From: Verrucomicrobiota bacterium
GTDB lineage: Bacteria; Verrucomicrobiota; Verrucomicrobiia; Limisphaerales; Palsa-1400
Direction: 5' to 3'
Length of the DNA: 64,000 bases
Assembly: GCA_049510745.1 (NCBI GenBank)
Contig: JBEKYR010000001.1
Coordinates: forward strand, 255,920-319,919
Position numbers and translations under genes: made by a program. The notes under the pieces were generated by a model. The model was not told where the DNA came from. It was given only the letters and a program-made list of their open reading frames with translations, and searched no databases. The first letter of the stretch is position 1; each line of letters opens with the position of its first letter. Shown here one piece after another: positions 57,779 to 64,000 of this stretch.

Positions 57779-58858
57779 GTGAATTCAACTGTGGACGGAA
57801 AATCACCCGCACCGCCTCCTCCTCCGCCGCCCGTTTCGAACAAAGGCCGGCGGCGGCTGGCGCTTCTGATGAGCGCGGCGCTTCTCATTGTCGCCGCGGG
57901 AGGCGTCGTTTATTACAATGACTTCATTGCCCCTTTTGAATCCACCGACGATGCCTTTATCGAAGGTCATGTCACGATTATCAGCCCGCGGGTCTCGGGC
58001 CCTGTGGTCCGCTTGCTGGTTCAGGACAACCAGGAGGTCAAGACCGGAGACGCGCTTTTGGAGATTGATCCTCACGACTACGAGACGAAACTGGCGCAGG
58101 CGCGCGCCGATCTGGCCGCCGCCCGCAGCCAACGGGAACAAGCCAAAGCGCAAACGACGGTGGACGAGGCCAAGGCCGCCCAGCAACAGGCCGCCGTGCT
58201 GGCCGCCGAAGCGGAAGCGCGCCGGGCGGAGACGGATTTGAAACGCTACCAGTCGGTGGAGAGTCGCGCCGTGTCGCGCAGCCAGTTGGATTTAGCGCAG
58301 GCCCAGGCCGAGTCCACCGCGGCCGCCTTGGAGGTGGCCCGCCAGCAGGCCAAGGCCGCCGCGGCGCAGGTCGAGTTGAGCCGCGTCAACACCGAGACCG
58401 CGGCGGCGGAAGTGCAACGGGCCGAGGCCAGGCTGCGGCAGGCCGAACTGGACCTTTCTTACACGAAAATCACCGCGCCGCTGGAGGGTCGCGTGACCCG
58501 GCGCATCGTTGAGCAGGGAGCTTATGTCACGACGGGTCAGGCGCTGCTGGCCCTGGTGCCGGCTCAAGTGTGGGTCGTGGCCAATTTCAAGGAAACCCAG
58601 TTGGAGCGCATGCGTCCCGGTCAGCCCGTTCGCATTCGCGTCGATGCCTATCCCGGCCGGCAATTCACGGGCAAGGTGGAGAGCCTGCAGGCCGGCACCG
58701 GCGCGCGGTTCAGTCTGTTGCCGCCCGAGAATGCCGTGGGCAACTACGTCAAGGTCGTGCAGCGCGTGCCGGTCAAGATCGTCTTCGATCAACCCCTGCC
58801 TCCCCAACTGGACATTTCGCCGGGCATGTCGGCCACGCCGGAGGTGAGAGTCAAATGA
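57779..58858 (+). CDS. emrA: HlyD/EmrA membrane fusion protein
   Basis: STDDAFI, ANFKETQL, LLPPENAVGNYVKVVQRVPV. Confidence 0.93.
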   Translation: MNSTVDGKSPAPPPPPPPVSNKGRRRLALLMSAALLIVAAGGVVYYNDFIAPFESTDDAFIEGHVTIISPRVSGPVVRLLVQDNQEVKTGDALLEIDPHDYETKLAQARADLAAARSQREQAKAQTTVDEAKAAQQQAAVLAAEAEARRAETDLKRYQSVESRAVSRSQLDLAQAQAESTAAALEVARQQAKAAAAQVELSRVNTETAAAEVQRAEARLRQAELDLSYTKITAPLEGRVTRRIVEQGAYVTTGQALLALVPAQVWVVANFKETQLERMRPGQPVRIRVDAYPGRQFTGKVESLQAGTGARFSLLPPENAVGNYVKVVQRVPVKIVFDQPLPPQLDISPGMSATPEVRVK

Positions 58859-58913
58859 ACCCGGGCTGCTCCAATGGCTCCAACTTCCTGAACCGGCATT
58901 GCAGCGAACCCGC

Positions 58914-60503
58914 ATGAGCGCCGCCGCCACGCTGGAAGCCTTGCCCGCCGCCGAGGCGCCCTGGCGGCCGCGCGTCAATCTCTGGCTGATCGCCTTCTCC
59001 GTCATGCTGGCCACCTTCATGGAAGTGCTCGATACCTCCATCGCCTCGGTCGCTTTGCCGCACATTGCCGGCAACCTCGGCGCCTCCAGTGATGAGGCGA
59101 CCTGGGTGTTAACCAGTTACCTGGTCTCCAACGCCATCGTCCTGCCCACCAGCGCGTGGTTCGGCAGTTTCTTCGGCCGAAAAAGATTCTTGATCGGTTG
59201 CATCATCGTCTTTACCGCCTCGTCCTTTTTGTGCGGCGCGGCTACCAGCCTCGGCATGCTCATTGTCGCCCGCGTTCTGCAAGGCGCGGGAGGCGGCGCC
59301 TTGCAGCCTCTGGCCCAGGCGATCCTGCTGGAAAGCTTTCCGCCCGCCCGCCGGGGTGTGGCCATGGCCGTCTATGGCGTGGGCGTGATCGTCGCTCCCA
59401 TCATCGGCCCCACGCTGGGCGGCTGGCTGACGGATAGTTACTCCTGGCGCTGGGCCTTTTACATCAACCTTCCCGTGGGCGTTCTGGCCACGTTTTTGAT
59501 CTTCCTTTTCGTGGATGACCCCCCTTACATAAAGGGGACAAAACGAGGCCGCTTTGACGCCATCGGATTTGGTCTCCTGACCTTGTGGCTCGCCACGCTT
59601 CAGATCACCCTCGACAAGGGCCAGGAGGCGGATTGGTTCGGGGCGGTCTGGCTGCGTTGGTTTGCGGGGATTTCCGCTGTCTCATTTGTCTGCTTCATCA
59701 TCCGCGAACTGCGCGCCCCCTTTCCCATCGTCAACCTGCGCACCCTCAAGGACCGCAACTTTGCCGCCGGCTGCGCTGTCTTCTTCATGTTCGGCGCCGC
59801 CCTCTACGCCTTGGTCGCGATGCTGCCCCTATTCCTCCAGCTTCTCATGGGTTATACGGCGCTGGACGCCGGGCTGACCGTCAGCCCGCGCGGTTTTGGG
59901 GTCTTGTTCGCTCTCGCTTTTGTCGGCGCGCTGGTGCAGAAGGTCAACCTGCGTTTGCTGCTGCTCTTCGGGTTCACCATGCTGGGAGTGTCCTGCATCC
60001 TCTTGAGCCGGCTCAATCTGCAAGTGGCCATGAGCAACATCATCCCGGCCAACCTCCTGACGGGCTTTGGCATGGGATTCATCTTTGTCCCGCTGACCAC
60101 CCTGAGCGTGAGCACCTTGCGCAACGATCAAATCGGCAGCGCCACCGGCATTCAGAACCTCATGCGCAACGTGGGCGGCAGCGTCGGCATCTCCTGGCTC
60201 TCGACCATGCTGGCGCGCTACGCCCAAGCCCATCAAGTATTTCTGGCGGGCCACCTGTCCCCCTTGGACCCCGCCTATCAGGCGCGGCTGGCCGCGATGC
60301 AAAAGGTGTTCGCCTCAAACTTCAGTCCGGTCGATGCCTTGCAACGAGCGCAGGCCTCCCTTTACAACCTGGTGCTCCAGCAGGCGGACTACTGGGCTTA
60401 TGTGGATGCTTTTTATCTGGTGATGTGGGCCTGCGTGCTGTGCCTTTTGGGAGTGGGCTTGTTTCATAACGTCAAATCCGCCCGCCCCGCGCCGTTGCAT
60501 TGA
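58914..60503 (+). CDS. emrB: DHA2 MFS efflux transporter (EmrB-like)
   Basis: FMEVLDTSI, WVLTSYL, GPTLGGWLTD, RNVGGSVG. Confidence 0.93.
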   Translation: MSAAATLEALPAAEAPWRPRVNLWLIAFSVMLATFMEVLDTSIASVALPHIAGNLGASSDEATWVLTSYLVSNAIVLPTSAWFGSFFGRKRFLIGCIIVFTASSFLCGAATSLGMLIVARVLQGAGGGALQPLAQAILLESFPPARRGVAMAVYGVGVIVAPIIGPTLGGWLTDSYSWRWAFYINLPVGVLATFLIFLFVDDPPYIKGTKRGRFDAIGFGLLTLWLATLQITLDKGQEADWFGAVWLRWFAGISAVSFVCFIIRELRAPFPIVNLRTLKDRNFAAGCAVFFMFGAALYALVAMLPLFLQLLMGYTALDAGLTVSPRGFGVLFALAFVGALVQKVNLRLLLLFGFTMLGVSCILLSRLNLQVAMSNIIPANLLTGFGMGFIFVPLTTLSVSTLRNDQIGSATGIQNLMRNVGGSVGISWLSTMLARYAQAHQVFLAGHLSPLDPAYQARLAAMQKVFASNFSPVDALQRAQASLYNLVLQQADYWAYVDAFYLVMWACVLCLLGVGLFHNVKSARPAPLH

Positions 60504-60506
60504 ACC

Positions 60507-61937
60507 ATGAAACAAATCCTTTTTTTTATTGTTGTCATCCTTGGGCTGGCCGCCGGTTGCGCGGTGGGTCCCGCCTACCATCCGCCTGCCGCCCCGGCCG
60601 CAGCCGCATGGTCCGCGCCGCTGGCCGGCGGCGAAACCAATTCGCCGGCCTCCCTGGCCGCATGGTGGAAGACCTTTCACGATGACGAACTGGATTCGCT
60701 GATCACACGCGCCGCGCAATCCAACCTCGACCTCCGTCTGGCCCAGGCCCGGGTCTGGGAAGCCCGCGCCGCCGGCGAAATCGCCTCGGCGGACTTGCGT
60801 CCCCGTTTGAACGCTTCCACCTCGTATGCGCGGGAACGGGTCAGCAAGAACGGTTTCCCGCCTTTCCCGCCCGGCACGCCCCTGGAGGCCGATGTCTATC
60901 AGGCCGGGTTCGATGCCGCCTGGGAGTTGGATGTCTTTGGCGGCGCCCGCCGCGCGGTCGAGGCGGCCCGGGCCGGCATCGCCTCCGCTGAATATGGCCG
61001 GCGCACCGCGCTCGTTTCCCTGCTGGGCGAAGTGGCGCGCAATTACGTCGAGGCCCGCGCCTTTCAACGCCGCCTGGCTATCGCCCGCCAGAACATCCGG
61101 GCCGCCCAAGAGGTCCTCGCCCTGGCCCGCGATCGCTTCAAATGGGGCCTGACCGGCGAGCTGGACGTGCAGCAAGCCACCGCCTTTCTCGAAACAACCG
61201 AAGCCCAAGTGCCGGCGCTCGAAACCGGCTTCAAGACCGGCGCGCATCGCCTGGCCGTGCTGCTCAGCCAGCCTCCGGGCGCGCTCCTGGCCGAACTGTC
61301 CGCAGACACGCCCATCCCGGTCGCCCCGCCGGAAGTGCCCGTCGGATTGCCCTCCGATTTGCTCCGGCGCCGGCCCGACATCCAACAGGCCGAACGCGAA
61401 CTGGCCGCCGCCACCGCCCGCATCGGCGTCGCCGCCGCCGACCTGTATCCTAAATTCTCATTGACAGGCGACGTCGGCTTGCAGGGCATCAGCGCGGGCG
61501 ATTGGTTTTCCGCCGGCAGCCGTTTCTGGTCAGTCGGGCCGACCGTGAAGTGGAAAATCTTCGATGCCGGACGCATCCGGGCCAACATCAAGGTGCAAAA
61601 CGCCCGTCAGGAACAGGCCCTGGCGCAATACGAACGCACCGTCCTGGCGTCGTTCGAGGACGTGGAGAACGCGCTGACCGCCTACGCCAAGGAACAGACT
61701 CGCGGCAGATCATTGGCGGGCGCCGTGCAAGCCAACCAGCAAGCCCTGGAGATCGCCAGCCAGCTCTACCAGAAGGGCCTGGCGGATTTCCTGCGCGTCT
61801 TGGAGGCGCAGCGTTCCCTGTACGAAAGCCAGGACGCGTTCGCGCAAAGCCAGCGCGCAGTCGCCCTGAATCTGATCGCGCTCTACAAAGCCCTGGGCGG
61901 CGGCTGGGACCTGCCGCAGGCATCATCGCACTACTGA
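60507..61937 (+). CDS. Outer membrane efflux lipoprotein (NodT/TolC family)
   Basis: LAAGCAVGP, LLRRRPDI, LYKALGGGW. Confidence 0.93.
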   Translation: MKQILFFIVVILGLAAGCAVGPAYHPPAAPAAAAWSAPLAGGETNSPASLAAWWKTFHDDELDSLITRAAQSNLDLRLAQARVWEARAAGEIASADLRPRLNASTSYARERVSKNGFPPFPPGTPLEADVYQAGFDAAWELDVFGGARRAVEAARAGIASAEYGRRTALVSLLGEVARNYVEARAFQRRLAIARQNIRAAQEVLALARDRFKWGLTGELDVQQATAFLETTEAQVPALETGFKTGAHRLAVLLSQPPGALLAELSADTPIPVAPPEVPVGLPSDLLRRRPDIQQAERELAAATARIGVAAADLYPKFSLTGDVGLQGISAGDWFSAGSRFWSVGPTVKWKIFDAGRIRANIKVQNARQEQALAQYERTVLASFEDVENALTAYAKEQTRGRSLAGAVQANQQALEIASQLYQKGLADFLRVLEAQRSLYESQDAFAQSQRAVALNLIALYKALGGGWDLPQASSHY

Positions 61938-62023
61938 ACTGTCATAATTCTAGGACTGATCCGAATGTCGCTCAGGACCCGTTCACGACTTTCAGGTGTC
62001 GAATGCAGGAACAGTCAGTGGTT

Positions 62024-63262
62024 TTATAACATGCGAGGCTCCACTGCTGGAGTCGTAGCTAATTTCTTGAGAAACCGTGGTTCGAGCCACTCGTCAACAG
62101 GTGAACGTTGATAATGTATTCCAAGTAGCTTCCTTAGTTTAAGCGGTGGTTCAATTCGACTCATGTATGCAATTAACTCATCAATCGCCGGAAGAAATTC
62201 AGTATGCAGAATAAATCCCTTTCCATCTGGGGATTGCTTATAAACCAGGCTTCCTTGTCCGTGAAGAGAAGGTAACCGAGAAATCGCGACTCTGTAAGCA
62301 ATCGCCGTCGGAGATGTATTCGTAAGTGTGGCAAGATGTTCGTACTCCCTGTTTATATTCCGTAAAAATAAACTCACATTATCAGGATTCGAGAAAAGTA
62401 ACTTAAGGTCTTTCAATATGTCTATGTTTCCTTGTGTACGGATAAACAATCGTCTTAAATATTCTCGTTCTATTTGATCTTTGCCAACTAAGAGCGGTTC
62501 TAGAAATCTATTTACGCGGCGTCTAAAGCTTTGATTTTTGTAATATCTCTCCACCGTTGACCCAGCGATGATTAATAAGACCACAATAGCTATTAGAATA
62601 ATGGTCCCGACTATGAAAACAACGAGCCTTACCAGTTGAACGGATAAAGTCCCATAAAAAACGCTCGTCCATAAGCCTGGAACGGCATTTTCCTTACGGT
62701 TATTATTAATAATGGGATTCTCAATACCCGCAATTTTGCCGACAATGTGTAATTCCGGTTCTTCTTCTACCCGATTAAGAAGCTGGATTTCGATCGTAAA
62801 GTATTTATTCCTCTCAAGAATAATCTTTTGAAATATTATTAAGTTATTTGAGGCAACTTGAGGATTGATGTTGTTCCGGATGTAATCCGAATTGAATGAA
62901 ACCACCTTTGGCACATCTACAATCTGTCCTCCTTTGATGCTTATGCCCCAAGGCATTGTTTGATCAAAATCTGCCTGTTTAATGTGAACTTCACCGTCAT
63001 TCCGGACAGTTAAGGTCAAAACTCGGAGATTTTTCTTCAGCGCATATATGTCTTCGCCCCTATATCGAATTTCCAACTCCTTGACAGGCTGGTGGACGTC
63101 CAAAACCTTGGAATCACCGACTAATTCATAAGAAATATGTGGTTGCTTTTCGTGAATTGCATAATAGATGCCAGGAACACCGATAAGCACGGTCGCCAAA
63201 ACTCCTATAAGTGCCCAAATTGTCGCTTTTTCTAACGTTCTCTTTTCCGACTGTTCACTCAT
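62024..63262 (-). CDS. AT-rich hypothetical membrane protein
   Basis: 412-aa ORF, two TM segments, markedly AT-rich versus flanks. Confidence 0.8.
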   Translation of the reverse strand: MSEQSEKRTLEKATIWALIGVLATVLIGVPGIYYAIHEKQPHISYELVGDSKVLDVHQPVKELEIRYRGEDIYALKKNLRVLTLTVRNDGEVHIKQADFDQTMPWGISIKGGQIVDVPKVVSFNSDYIRNNINPQVASNNLIIFQKIILERNKYFTIEIQLLNRVEEEPELHIVGKIAGIENPIINNNRKENAVPGLWTSVFYGTLSVQLVRLVVFIVGTIILIAIVVLLIIAGSTVERYYKNQSFRRRVNRFLEPLLVGKDQIEREYLRRLFIRTQGNIDILKDLKLLFSNPDNVSLFLRNINREYEHLATLTNTSPTAIAYRVAISRLPSLHGQGSLVYKQSPDGKGFILHTEFLPAIDELIAYMSRIEPPLKLRKLLGIHYQRSPVDEWLEPRFLKKLATTPAVEPRML

Positions 63263-63299
63263 ATTCCCGTAAACGGGTTAGTCCCGCATAATCGCATAT

Positions 63300-63745
63300 C
63301 ATCGTTTCCCTTTTGAATCTCCGCAGGAGGTCCGGCAAAGAACCTGTAGGTCCCGGGTTCAATCATCCGGCAATCCATTTCAAGGTCATGGTCGTTTCCT
63401 GGTTGGAGGAGCCATGCCAGCAGGATGCCTCGCCTCGCCCGCTCTGTCCAGCGAGAAATACAATGGCTGAGAGAGGGTCAGTCCTAGGTTGTTGGTATTG
63501 AATCATTTTGTTTCCTTGTTTTCCAGAAGCGCCAGTTTCGCTCTGGCTTGTTGGAACTGGCGCAGACCGCCGGGGCTTATTTTCCTGGGGCCGCGCCCGC
63601 CATTGGTGTAATGGCCCATTGCCAGGCGCGCGCTGAGCCAGCGGAGCGACACGGTGCTGCGCTCGCGCAACCAACCCGCCAAGGCTGCTTTCTTCGCCGA
63701 AACCTTGCGCGGCAGGGCCAATGACTTCCGCCTTGTTCATGTTCA
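63300..63745 (-). pseudogene. Two tandem C-terminal relics of Y1/RAYT-like transposases
   Basis: KAALAGWLRERSTVSLRWLSARLAMG and QETTMTLKWIAG; each followed by GGACT(G/A)ACCC; no HUH catalytic part visible. Confidence 0.5.
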
Positions 63746-63820
63746 AAGCCTCTCACTCTCTGCCATCGCCGTCAAGGCCCCGTCCCAATCCCAAGTCCTA
63801 AGACGGGCGCGAAACATTCA

Positions 63821-63943
63821 GGGGAGTACACGCGCCCCCGCGTGTCGTGGCCGGCGTCCTCGCCGGCCAAATCTTTGCATCTTATACACTTCCTATGGAA
63901 TTTGGGGATGCCATCGGCGAGGGCGCCGATGGCGACACGCGAG
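63821..63943. repeat. REP-doublet-like inverted repeat
   Basis: CGCGTGTCG-TGGCCGGCGTCCTCGCCGGCCA ... CCATCGGCGAGGGCGCCGATGG-CGACACGCG; each arm is itself a hairpin. Confidence 0.7.
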
Positions 63944-64000
63944 AGCTCTGAGGTCGTCCGTCAAGGATTTTTGTTGGGAGTTATTCACCATCGGGTCTTC

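Noticed and set aside
57663..57812. N-terminal 50 aa of HTH ORF 57123-57812
   Set aside because: It crosses the att junction, is antisense to the comM relic and overlaps the emrA start.
1..64000. tRNA, rRNA or tmRNA genes as island anchors
   Set aside because: None was recognised by eye; a covariance-model scan would be needed to exclude them.

Overview
GC-rich bacterial window, inferred to be Verrucomicrobiota subdivision-3-like from its gene content, shared C-terminal domains on secreted proteins and leaderless promoter architecture. Positions 1-19.7 kb hold mostly ordinary genes: GH67, a GDP-mannose epimerase-like gene, GH29, dihydropyrimidinase, ruvB, a MalK-like ATPase, secreted repeat proteins, vapBC, an ECF sigma/serine hydrolase operon and an mglAB operon. 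The main result is that 19.8-57.7 kb is organised around nine same-strand pieces of comM (YifB/Mg-chelatase-like ATPase). Five 5' fragments delimit small cassettes, four of them with a 620-720 bp period, carrying antitoxins with deleted toxins and other small genes. These are followed by one intact comM and one internally deleted copy. A final comM copy is split exactly at codon Thr352 into attL-like (40520-40600) and attR-like (57671-57745) halves, which bracket a 17-kb MoxR/vWA operon plus a double-HTH gene. Where codons were compared, the relics differ from the intact gene mostly at synonymous sites, pointing to repeated acquisition of foreign comM alleles with cargo. No integrase gene is visible in the window. 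An emrAB-tolC-like efflux operon, an AT-rich orphan gene and probable Y1/RAYT transposase relics end the window. All family assignments come from motif recognition by eye, not database searches.
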